Of a stretch of DNA of 64,000 bases, positions 49,746-57,225 are shown one piece after another. Under the pieces are notes generated by a model. The model made no database searches, had not been told where the DNA came from, and saw nothing but the letters and a program-made list of their open reading frames with translations. Origin of the DNA: a virus; IMG/VR virus record IMGVR_UViG_3300046519_000190, positions 46,852 to 110,851 of that record. The stretch is one strand, 5' to 3'. Made by a program: the position numbers and the translations under genes. Every line of letters starts with the position of its first letter. Positions within the stretch are counted from its first letter, which is position 1.

Positions 49746-50434
49746 TTTCCATCATCCTCGTCTTTGGCTTTCTGGTCAGCCCAGTCTTCCATTGCACGCA
49801 GCAGAGCTTCTGCCGGGTCGCAGTTGTAGTAGTCCTGAGCTTCGCCGATGAAGCGCTTCAATTCACGGGACTGTGTGCCGCTGATTTTGCTTACACCAAT
49901 GGCTTTGGTCAATGAGACTTCGCCTTCATCGGTGGTCTCGATTTCCCTTTCGGTTCGAGTGGTCTGCTCAGCAACTTCCGGCGCGATGTCTTCGCTGAGG
50001 CTACCCAGGTCGATGTCACCCAGGTCGTCGATAGCGAATTGCAGGTCGCGCACGTCAAAGAACTCGCCCATGTCGATACCGTCGTCGAGAACCAGGCTCT
50101 TGAGCTCCAGACTCAGCAGGCCGGTGTCGTGACCACCCTCTTGAACCTTGTTGTCGATCAGTCGCAGAGCCTTCGCTTGCTCTTTGGTGATGCCCTTGAC
50201 GACAGTGACCGGCACCTTTTCTTGGAGCAGATCGATCGCAGCCAAACGACGGCCGTGACCAGCGATGATCGTACCGTCTTCTTCGACGACAATCCGGGTG
50301 GTCCAGCCGTACCGACGGATCGAAGCAGCGATCTTGGCCACTTGCTTGGGGTCATGACGCTTGCTGTTAGCAGCGTATGGAACGAGCCGATCGATGGACC
50401 AGGTTTCGTCCTTCTTCTCGTAGGTGTCAGTCAT
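49742..50434 (-). CDS. ParB/Srx N-terminal domain protein
   Basis: LVPYAANSKRH, IAASIRRYGW, IIAGHGRRLAA, LIDNK. Confidence 0.88.
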   Translation of the reverse strand: MTDTYEKKDETWSIDRLVPYAANSKRHDPKQVAKIAASIRRYGWTTRIVVEEDGTIIAGHGRRLAAIDLLQEKVPVTVVKGITKEQAKALRLIDNKVQEGGHDTGLLSLELKSLVLDDGIDMGEFFDVRDLQFAIDDLGDIDLGSLSEDIAPEVAEQTTRTEREIETTDEGEVSLTKAIGVSKISGTQSRELKRFIGEAQDYYNCDPAEALLRAMEDWADQKAKDEDDGK

Positions 50435-50579
50435 TTTCGAAGTCTCTGAAATTGGTGTTTTCCCAGGAGATATCCCGATCAGGATTCATTGGGCGATTGC
50501 GTTCGGCCAACTCCTCCTGACGGCGCTTGGCGTGCCGCTCGAACACTTCCTGACGTTCCTGTGGAGTCATGTCCCGCAT
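50427..50579 (-). CDS. 50-aa hypothetical protein (not in the ORF track)
   Basis: MRDMTPQERQEVFERHAKRRQEELAERNRPMNPDRDISWENTNFRDFEND, RBS GAGG, fills the gap between the two ParB genes. Confidence 0.55.
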   Translation of the reverse strand: MRDMTPQERQEVFERHAKRRQEELAERNRPMNPDRDISWENTNFRDFEND

Positions 50580-50590
50580 ATGCTTGCCTC

Positions 50591-51379
50591 TCATTCGAAG
50601 AGGTCTCGCAGCAGGTGAACCAGCGCATCGCCGTCGTTGGTCAGATCGTCAGAGGCAACGTAGCCCTCGTCGATCTTGGTCTTCTTGAAGAGTTCAGCCA
50701 GCTTGGCCTGATCTTCCATCGACACCCGGAAGCGAATGATCTGGTGGGTCTTGAGAGGCTTGCCGGCGCCCAGATCGAGGGTTTCGTCTTCCTCGTCTTC
50801 CTCTTTCTTGGAGCCGTCGTCGAGCGCGTCGTCGATGTCCAGATCGACAGTCTCGGAAGTCAGGTGGCTGAAATACTCGGCCAGCTCTTCCTCGTCGATA
50901 GGCATTGTGTCCAGGAGTGAAGCGGCATCGCCGATGTCTGGATCACTAAGCAGAGCAGATAGGCGGTCAAGGTTGTCAGACCCATAGCGGTAATTGTCGA
51001 GCAGAGTTTCGCGTTTGGCTTCGGCATCACTGATTTTGCCTCGATTGATAATTGGGACTTCTTTCCAGCCCAGGCTGATAGCAGCTTCTGTCCGGTGCTG
51101 GCCGCCGATGATCTGATAGTCACCATTGTCGAGCTGACGGACAACGATCGGGCGTTTGATGCCGTCACGCTTGAGGGATGCTTCCAGCTTCTGCTGGTTG
51201 ATTGGGTCGACCGCATTGGGGTTCCAGGGGTTCGGTCGCAGTTCTTGCGGGCTTACATACTCGACACCCATTTCGAAGGTGGGCGTGATCGTCGCAGCTT
51301 GAAGAGCCGCATCGACGGTCGCGAGGTCATTCAAGTCCATTTCGAGGTCGTCGAGGTCAGAAAAATCGTCAGTAGCCAT
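50591..51379 (-). CDS. ParB/Srx N-terminal domain protein
   Basis: LRPNPWNPN, PIVVR, YQIIGGQHR..AA..LG. Confidence 0.88.
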   Translation of the reverse strand: MATDDFSDLDDLEMDLNDLATVDAALQAATITPTFEMGVEYVSPQELRPNPWNPNAVDPINQQKLEASLKRDGIKRPIVVRQLDNGDYQIIGGQHRTEAAISLGWKEVPIINRGKISDAEAKRETLLDNYRYGSDNLDRLSALLSDPDIGDAASLLDTMPIDEEELAEYFSHLTSETVDLDIDDALDDGSKKEEDEEDETLDLGAGKPLKTHQIIRFRVSMEDQAKLAELFKKTKIDEGYVASDDLTNDGDALVHLLRDLFE

Positions 51380-51459
51380 TAGTTTGCCTTGTCTGGGTTG
51401 GTGAATAACCTTACAGTTGGAGTACAATAGCGGTTGACATCGAATAGTGGAAGTGATCC

Positions 51460-53148
51460 ATGTCCAAAACTTTGAAAATTGTCCACAACGCCGTCAGGGC
51501 GAAACTGGTAGAACCGGATCGCAATGCTCGGCTGATTGTGAACGAGCTGCTTTCGTACAAGATCGAAAGCGGGATCAAGGGCATGGGCGTCGCTCATGGT
51601 TCCATGTTCGACATGAACAAGGATTTCTTCCCGACAGGCTTTGTTCGCCTGGTTCGCAAGACCCTCGAAAAGCACGGATACCGGATCATCGTGCAGAGCA
51701 AAGCTGTACCTGAGCCCCAGGGGCCGGCAAACCCTGTTGTAAGCTCGTTCCCGCCCGATCCCCGTTACGACTATCAGCCCAAGACGATGGAGCGTCTGGT
51801 GCAGCTACAGCGCATGACAGCTCAAGTCGCTACCGGTGGTGGCAAGTCTGAAATCTTCAAGCTGTGCTGCGAGCGCCTGCAACTGCCGACCCTGTTCATC
51901 ACCACTCGAAAGTCCTTGATGTACCAGATGGCCAAAGGATACCGATCGGTGAAGTCTGCTCGGCCAGTGGGTTTCCTGGGTGACGGTCACTGGAACCCGG
52001 AACCTACCGGTGTGAACTTCGCCATCGTCGACACCTTGACCTCAAGGCTCGAAGAGTCCTCGTTTGAGATTGAGCTGAACCGGATCGTCGATAAGCACGT
52101 AGCCATGCTGGAGAAAGAGACGGAACGAGTCTTCAAAAAGGCTGGTCTGCCGCTCAATCCATCGGTTGCCCGCAAGGCTGATGCCGCGACTGTCGAGAAG
52201 ATGACTCGCTACAGAGCGGCGATCGCCAAGAAGTACGAGCTGAACGAGCGTGAAGTGCGCACCAAAGCTCAGGCTGTCGCCGACAAGAAGGCCAAGACAC
52301 GCGCAGAAACCCTCAAGTTTCTGGAGTCTGTAGGCTTTCTGACTCTCGAAGAGGCTCATGAAGTGTCCGGCACCGGGTTCTTCGGTCTGTGCAACGCCAT
52401 GACCAACGCTCACTACCGCCTGGCATTGACCGCTACCCCGAACATGAAGGACTCGGAAGAGGCCAACATGCGCCTGGCAGCAGTTGCAGGCACGATCGGT
52501 ATCCGCGTCACCGAGAAAGAGCTGATCGACAAGGGGATTCTGGCAACACCTCTGTTCAAGTTCGTCGATAGCCGTCCACCAGTTGGCGTCACCCGAGGTT
52601 CTGCGTTCCCCGTTGCTTACGAGCGCGGCATCGTCAAGAACGCCGGCCGTAACACGCAGATTCTCCAGCACGTCATGGAAGCCAAGAAGTTCGGTCTGAC
52701 GACCATGATCTTGGTGCAACGTACCGATCACGGCGACATCTTGAAGAACCTGCTCAAGACCGCTGGCTTGAAAGCCGAGTTCATCAGGGGTGAAGATTCC
52801 CAAGAGCAACGGCAAGCAGCCCTCGACGCTTTGGGTGCAGGCAAGCTTGATGTGTTGATCGGGACAACGATCCTCGACGTGGGCGTTGACGTCCCTTCTG
52901 TTGGTCAGGTGATCCTGGCTGGCGGGGGCAAAGCTGAGGTGGCGGTGCGTCAGCGTATCGGTCGTGGATTACGGTCGAAGAAGTCCGGCCCCAACGTCTG
53001 CTTCGTGGTCATGTTTCAGGACACCTGGAACAATCACACCAACAGCCACAGTCGTGAGTGTCTGCGGATCATTCAAGAAACGCCGGGGTTCGCAGAGAAC
53101 ATCCTCAAGGTCTTCGATTTCGAAGGGGCGGGATTCACGAAAGTCTAG
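51460..53148 (+). CDS. SF2 DEAH-type helicase
   Basis: YDYQ, ATGGGKS, EEAH, TAT, LDVGVDVP, QRIGRGLR. Confidence 0.9.
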   Translation: MSKTLKIVHNAVRAKLVEPDRNARLIVNELLSYKIESGIKGMGVAHGSMFDMNKDFFPTGFVRLVRKTLEKHGYRIIVQSKAVPEPQGPANPVVSSFPPDPRYDYQPKTMERLVQLQRMTAQVATGGGKSEIFKLCCERLQLPTLFITTRKSLMYQMAKGYRSVKSARPVGFLGDGHWNPEPTGVNFAIVDTLTSRLEESSFEIELNRIVDKHVAMLEKETERVFKKAGLPLNPSVARKADAATVEKMTRYRAAIAKKYELNEREVRTKAQAVADKKAKTRAETLKFLESVGFLTLEEAHEVSGTGFFGLCNAMTNAHYRLALTATPNMKDSEEANMRLAAVAGTIGIRVTEKELIDKGILATPLFKFVDSRPPVGVTRGSAFPVAYERGIVKNAGRNTQILQHVMEAKKFGLTTMILVQRTDHGDILKNLLKTAGLKAEFIRGEDSQEQRQAALDALGAGKLDVLIGTTILDVGVDVPSVGQVILAGGGKAEVAVRQRIGRGLRSKKSGPNVCFVVMFQDTWNNHTNSHSRECLRIIQETPGFAENILKVFDFEGAGFTKV

Positions 53149-53152
53149 ACAA

Positions 53153-53180
53153 GAAAAAGCCCCTTTTCAGGGGCTTTTTT
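53153..53180. terminator. Bidirectional terminator between the helicase and the tRNAs
   Basis: AAAAAGCCCCT-tttc-AGGGGCTTTTTT. Confidence 0.8.
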
Positions 53181-53237
53181 GGTTCGGCGAAGGTTGATCA
53201 ATCCCTCTCTTGACTATCCCGCTGCCGGGACCGAATT

Positions 53238-53313
53238 TGGCAGGCCATGATGGACTCGAACCACCAACCAGCGGGTTTGGAATCCGCCGCTCTCCCAATT
53301 GAGCTAATGACCT
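53238..53313 (-). tRNA. tRNA-Trp (CCA)
   Basis: AGGTCAT TA GCTC AATTGGGA GAGC G GCGGA TTCCAAA CCCGC TGGTT GGTGG TTCGAGT CCATC ATGGCCT G CCA. Confidence 0.9.
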
Positions 53314-53318
53314 ATGTT

Positions 53319-53404
53319 TGGTGGATGAAGATGGTATCGAACCACTAGCCAGAGGCGGCGCATTTACAGTGCGCTGTGACTTGCCCAGTCACTCTACTTC
53401 ATCC
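53319..53404 (-). tRNA. tRNA-Tyr (GTA), atypical 8/4 fold
   Basis: GGATGAAG TAGA GTGACT GGGCA AGTCAC A GCGCA CTGTAAA TGCGC CGCCTCTGGCTA GTGG TTCGATA CCAT CTTCATCC A CCA. Confidence 0.8.
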
Positions 53405-53409
53405 AAAAC

Positions 53410-53487
53410 TGGTTGCGGGAGCTGGATTTGAACCAGCGACCTTCGGGTTATGAATCCGGCGCTCTAACCAAGCTGAGCTATCCCGCA
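53410..53487 (-). tRNA. tRNA-Met (CAT), fMet-like
   Basis: TGCGGGA TA GCTC AGCTTGGTTA GAGC G CCGGA TTCATAA CCCGA AGGTC GCTGG TTCAAAT CCAGC TCCCGCA A CCA. Confidence 0.88.
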
Positions 53488-53507
53488 ATGGAGGCGACTT
53501 TATCAGG

Positions 53508-54110
53508 TCAAGATGCCTGGAGCAACCCCATGAGTGCGGTGAGCTTGTTGTCTGCTCGCGCTGTCTGCTGACGTAGTTCGTGTCGCTGCTGTTCGCTCAT
53601 GTCGCTTAGTATCTGCTCATACAGAGCGTCTGCCGCTTGAATCTGCGCACTGATCAGCGTTTTCTGTTTGCGTTGCTTAGAATCGCTCTCAGAAGCTTGA
53701 CCGCTTTCGCTGATCAGGTTCTGGATGCTCTCGAAGTCACTCAGCGCCCGCGTTCCCAGGTCTGCACGGCCGATTTCAGACATTGCAGCCGGCAAGAACT
53801 CGATGTAGGTCTTGAACGCTGCTCCCTTTGTCAGTCGAGTCATGCCGGACCCGCCTGTATACGCGCTCACGGTGATCTTGCCGATGTGAGCAAGGTTCGA
53901 CTTGTTCTGGCAGAGACTGTGAGCGGTTGACACGATCTTCATATGGTTCTGCGAGTACCAGCTACTGAGCCGGCCCTTGAAGAGATAGTTGACCGTCTGT
54001 GGCTCCATTCCCTGTTCGAGCTGATCGATGACGGTCGATCTGAGAGCGGACATGAAGGTTATTAAATCGTGGGCTATCGACAGAAATACATGACTGGCCG
54101 ATGACTGCAT
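53508..54110 (-). CDS. Hypothetical protein
   Basis: 200-aa ORF upstream of the tRNAs; GAGAG before the ATG. Confidence 0.55.
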   Translation of the reverse strand: MQSSASHVFLSIAHDLITFMSALRSTVIDQLEQGMEPQTVNYLFKGRLSSWYSQNHMKIVSTAHSLCQNKSNLAHIGKITVSAYTGGSGMTRLTKGAAFKTYIEFLPAAMSEIGRADLGTRALSDFESIQNLISESGQASESDSKQRKQKTLISAQIQAADALYEQILSDMSEQQRHELRQQTARADNKLTALMGLLQAS

Positions 54111-54242
54111 TTTCGCACTCTCTATGCGTGTTTAAGTTCGCGCAGTATCGAGCTGTTTCTGAGGCACTGCTATATGCGAAACACGGCGATATCTCAATGC
54201 CGTTACAGTGTCGGGGATCACAAATCCCACGCAGGCAGTTGT

Positions 54243-54282
54243 AAAAAATTCGCTTGCAATACTTACACAGCATCTATAGAGT
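54243..54282 (+). promoter_or_regulatory. Sigma70-like promoter
   Basis: A-tract, then TTGCAA-N17-TAGAGT. Confidence 0.5.
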
Positions 54283-54320
54283 TCGTCACATCAGCAGCGA
54301 GCACAGCGAGCAAACACAGA

Positions 54321-54854
54321 ATGAAAGCATATGTAGGAGCGGGAGCAAGCGATACGCCCACCGAAGTGCTGGAAATGATGGGTCAAATCGCTGGAGTGAT
54401 GTCCGCTAAGGGTTTCACATTGCGGTGTGCAGAACACAGCGAGGCTGATAGAGCGTTCATCAAAGGTTCAAAAGGTCGATTCCACTCGTTCGTCCCGTTC
54501 AACGTGATTGACGAGAGCCTGGATAACCCCGACGGACCCGAGTATGTGAACAGCGTCTGGGCAATCCCATCAGATATTGATCCGGGATCATCGGATGCCA
54601 CATTCGCTCGAAGCCTCGATCCCAAGTTTCTGATGCTTCCGAAGGTTGAGAAACAGTGGGATGTGGTAGCAAATTCGCTGATCTACGGTCTTGATCGTGT
54701 CAGCGTGGCAAAGATGTTGATCGTGTGGTCTACACCTCATGATCACGTCTACAGGTACATCACAAAGGCTGTTGCAGCCGGCGTGAAGGTGTATAACCTG
54801 GCTCTGACAAAAGATCGAGCCGTAATGCAGTCGTTGATCGACAGAGGTGCTTGA
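54321..54854 (+). CDS. SLOG/DprA-like Rossmannoid protein, degenerate motifs
   Basis: YVGAGASDTP..VL..M..IA......GFTLR......ADRAF..G, and GVKVYNL, resemble phage YAGIGSR.TP / SGGA.GAD proteins. Confidence 0.6.
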   Translation: MKAYVGAGASDTPTEVLEMMGQIAGVMSAKGFTLRCAEHSEADRAFIKGSKGRFHSFVPFNVIDESLDNPDGPEYVNSVWAIPSDIDPGSSDATFARSLDPKFLMLPKVEKQWDVVANSLIYGLDRVSVAKMLIVWSTPHDHVYRYITKAVAAGVKVYNLALTKDRAVMQSLIDRGA

Positions 54855-54855
54855 A

Positions 54856-54960
54856 ATGAAGGTTCAAATTGAGACATCCAAATCTGCAAAGGTTGTTGGT
54901 TGGATCGTGCTGATCGCCTGCATCATCATCGCTTTTGGCTTCACGATGACCAAATACTGA
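54856..54960 (+). CDS. 34-aa single-TM protein
   Basis: MKVQIETSKSAKVVGWIVLIACIIIAFGFTMTKY, RBS GAGG. Confidence 0.55.
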   Translation: MKVQIETSKSAKVVGWIVLIACIIIAFGFTMTKY

Positions 54961-54967
54961 GGTTCGC

Positions 54968-55087
54968 ATGAGCAACAATAACACCGTCGTAAAGAACACC
55001 CGGCTGATTCGCATCAGCGCTGTCACCGGTCTGGTCGTTCTCGTAGGCTTCTTGGTCTACGGCTACTTCCAGTATTTCGCAAACTAA
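54968..55087 (+). CDS. 39-aa single-TM protein
   Basis: MSNNNTVVKNTRLIRISAVTGLVVLVGFLVYGYFQYFAN, RBS GAGG. Confidence 0.55.
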   Translation: MSNNNTVVKNTRLIRISAVTGLVVLVGFLVYGYFQYFAN

Positions 55088-55132
55088 ACCCGGGTCATCT
55101 GACCACAACTCTCAAACGATAAGGATTACACC

Positions 55133-55564
55133 ATGCTCAGCATGTTCAAGCGCAAGAAACGTGAAGCCCAAGCAGCCGTAGCTGTCATGACCAACCGCGA
55201 TCTGATGCAAGCCGTCGTCTTCGGCGCCTTCTACGTCGCAGCGGCCGATGGCGATCTGAGCGCGGCCGAAATGGCCAAGCTGGAAAAACTGATCAGCAAC
55301 ACCCCTGAGCTGAAAGGCTTCGGCCCCGAGCTGGGCAACACGATGGATCTGGCCGAAAAAGCATTCACCGAAGGCGGTGCTCGCATCCTGCGTCAGCGCG
55401 CTGAAAAAGAGCTGGCCGATCTGGCTCACAGCCCTACCGATGCAGTCACCGTGATCAACATCATGCTGACCATCGCTGACGAAGACGGCATCGGCGCAGA
55501 AGAAATGGTCATCCTGGAGAAATCCGCGAAGATCATGGGCCTGAACCTGAAAGACTATCTGTAA
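55133..55564 (+). CDS. TerB-family protein
   Basis: VAAADG..S..E and IADEDGIGAEE...L......MGL. Confidence 0.85.
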   Translation: MLSMFKRKKREAQAAVAVMTNRDLMQAVVFGAFYVAAADGDLSAAEMAKLEKLISNTPELKGFGPELGNTMDLAEKAFTEGGARILRQRAEKELADLAHSPTDAVTVINIMLTIADEDGIGAEEMVILEKSAKIMGLNLKDYL

Positions 55565-55566
55565 AG

Positions 55567-55758
55567 ATGGCCTGGGTGCGTGAGCTTGGGAGTAGCCTAC
55601 GGGCTGCTCTCATCATGATCCTTCTTCTGGCTGTCGTGCTGCTCGATTCGGTGTCCCGGATCATCAGCATGTTCGAAGATGGGGTTTGCGTTGCATTGAT
55701 CCTGGTCTTGATCTGGCCACTGCTCAAGAACCAAAAAGAACCGCCCGCAGTAAAGTAG
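55567..55758 (+). CDS. Small two-TM membrane protein
   Basis: Hydrophobic with a D..SR..S..ED core, 2 nt after the TerB-like gene. Confidence 0.65.
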   Translation: MAWVRELGSSLRAALIMILLLAVVLLDSVSRIISMFEDGVCVALILVLIWPLLKNQKEPPAVK

Positions 55759-55854
55759 AAAGCCCTTCTAAGCCTTCGGACCGAGCACCGGCCCATTAAG
55801 CCGGGAGAGCTGACCTCCTAAGGGGAGGCATAGTAAGGGCGGTCTTACTGAAAG

Positions 55855-55882
55855 GAAAAGCCCCTGTAGTCAGGGGCTTTTC
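55855..55882. terminator. Perfect hairpin, terminator-like
   Basis: GAAAAGCCCCTG-tagt-CAGGGGCTTTTC. Confidence 0.65.
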
Positions 55883-55884
55883 AC

Positions 55885-56010
55885 TGATGATTTAGGTCTG
55901 AACCATTGGTGTTGTCGTCTAAACGTAAAGACGCGGACTGTGGCCACAGATGATCCCGTATGCTGGCGACGAAACGTCGGCCAATACGATGGTTCAGACC
56001 TAAGTCTTCA
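55885..56010 (+). ncRNA. Putative structured RNA: ~20-bp closing stem with three internal hairpins
   Basis: GATTTAGGTCTGAACCAT / ATGGTTCAGACCTAAGTC enclosing CGTCT/AGACG, CTGTGGCCACAG and CGACG/CGTCG. Confidence 0.6.
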
Positions 56011-56106
56011 CTGGAAGCGATTGGACTTGCAAACAGCGGGGTGGCCACCTCTCTATAGTCCTTGACTGTGACCAAGAGATTGAGGTCCAATCGCTTCCAA
56101 TGAAGA
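56005..56106 (+). ncRNA. Putative structured RNA: 22-bp closing stem with two internal hairpins
   Basis: TCTTCACTGGAAGCGATTGGAC / GTCCAATCGCTTCCAATGAAGA. Confidence 0.6.
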
Positions 56107-56111
56107 TTTAC

Positions 56112-56187
56112 CGGGTTGTACGAGAATTGGGATATCGGCCAAGCGTGGAGCTTGGTGTTGGTGGAGGTTCGAGTCCTCCCAACCCGA
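56112..56187 (+). tRNA. tRNA-like element, Pro(TGG)-like and atypical
   Basis: CGGGTTG TA CGA GAATTGGGATA TCG G CCAAG CGTGGAG CTTGG TGTTGGT GGAGG TTCGAGT CCTCC CAACCCG A; G33 instead of U33, no encoded CCA. Confidence 0.6.
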
Positions 56188-56408
56188 CCGAATTCGTCAG
56201 GCGTGGCGATGTTGTGCTGGTAAGTTTGTTGTGGCTCGAACAGGTGTAATGAAGTAGCGGTGACAATCTCCGAGGATCGTGGGAGTCACTACGAAAAGTC
56301 ACAGAGCCTGTCGAGGTGCCTGGAGGTTTCCTCCTTTACTCCGGGTGCGCAAATCTGTGACCTCCTAAACCCCGCTGTCTGAGGGGAACGATTCCATGCA
56401 GACGACCT

Positions 56409-56444
56409 AGCCCCTAGATTTGTTCAATCTAGGGGCTTTTTCTT
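56409..56444 (+). terminator. Intrinsic terminator ending the ncRNA array
   Basis: AGCCCCTAGATT-tgttc-AATCTAGGGGCT-TTTTCTT. Confidence 0.8.
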
Positions 56445-56592
56445 GTCTGCGATATTCTCGTCTGAATCACTCGACATTCTGTCTCTGGGAAGCGCTCTCT
56501 GATGCGTTTTGAGACGTTTTCTCTATGATTGTGCGTCTGTGTAGCGCTCACAAAAAAGCGCGCTATTAGCGCGCTCTAGTGAAGCTTGCCAA

Positions 56593-57135
56593 TCAGATGG
56601 CAGGATGAATCTCTCGCAGGTCCTCTGGCTCAACCCACTTCCAGGACACAGTGTCGAAACACCGGAGCTTGCCACCGCTGTTGCTGTCGAACTCGATAGC
56701 CTTGTTGACGGCCGCAACCGCATCCACGCCCATCGACATCGCGGTCATCGCGAATGGAGTACCCGAGCCTGCTGCGAGTGGCAGAGAAGCCGAGAACGGA
56801 ACCATTTCTTCTGTCACCAGCCAGAACTCACCCTCTTTGGTGACGATGACGATCCCGATGCTTGCGTTCTGTGGGTCGGGGTGAATGCCGAAGATGCTGA
56901 ACAGGTCTTCCGGGTCGCGTCTGAAAAAGTCGCCGCCACTTGAGAGCCAGTGAAGCAAGGCTGTGATGTTGATCACGTTGCCCGAGCAACCGATTACGGC
57001 TCGAGTTTTCTTGCCGTTGATAGTGATCGCCAGCTCATGGAGCTTTTTCTCAGCACGACCAACAATCATCCCGTCCCCAGTAGTGCAACGTCCATCTGAG
57101 GCCAGGTAGCGTCCATCAAAAGCAATAGTGGTCAT
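56593..57135 (-). CDS. Ntn-hydrolase, HslV/proteasome-beta-like peptidase
   Basis: M-TTIA N-terminal Thr, ASDG, KK, AGSG..FA..AM..G, D..SGG. Confidence 0.8.
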   Translation of the reverse strand: MTTIAFDGRYLASDGRCTTGDGMIVGRAEKKLHELAITINGKKTRAVIGCSGNVINITALLHWLSSGGDFFRRDPEDLFSIFGIHPDPQNASIGIVIVTKEGEFWLVTEEMVPFSASLPLAAGSGTPFAMTAMSMGVDAVAAVNKAIEFDSNSGGKLRCFDTVSWKWVEPEDLREIHPAI

Positions 57136-57225
57136 ATCTACTTCCCCGCGAATTTGGGCTGACTGCCCGTGATGTACGCATTATCATAGACTTTCAAAAC
57201 CCTTTCACACCACAGGAACTTTCCG

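Noticed and set aside
49742-51379. Plasmid partition system
   Set aside because: No ParA adjacent and no clear parS-binding HTH; terminase-linked ParB-N type is more likely
806-53148. Inteins or introns in dnaE, dnaB, terL or the helicase
   Set aside because: Protein lengths are normal and no splice-junction or homing-endonuclease motifs were seen
55133-55564. Tellurite resistance operon
   Set aside because: Only a lone TerB-like gene; no terZACDE
55884-55975. CTGATGA...GAAA resembling a hammerhead ribozyme core
   Set aside because: Stems I-III cannot be assembled; CTGATGA sits in the long closing stem and GAAA is a hairpin loop
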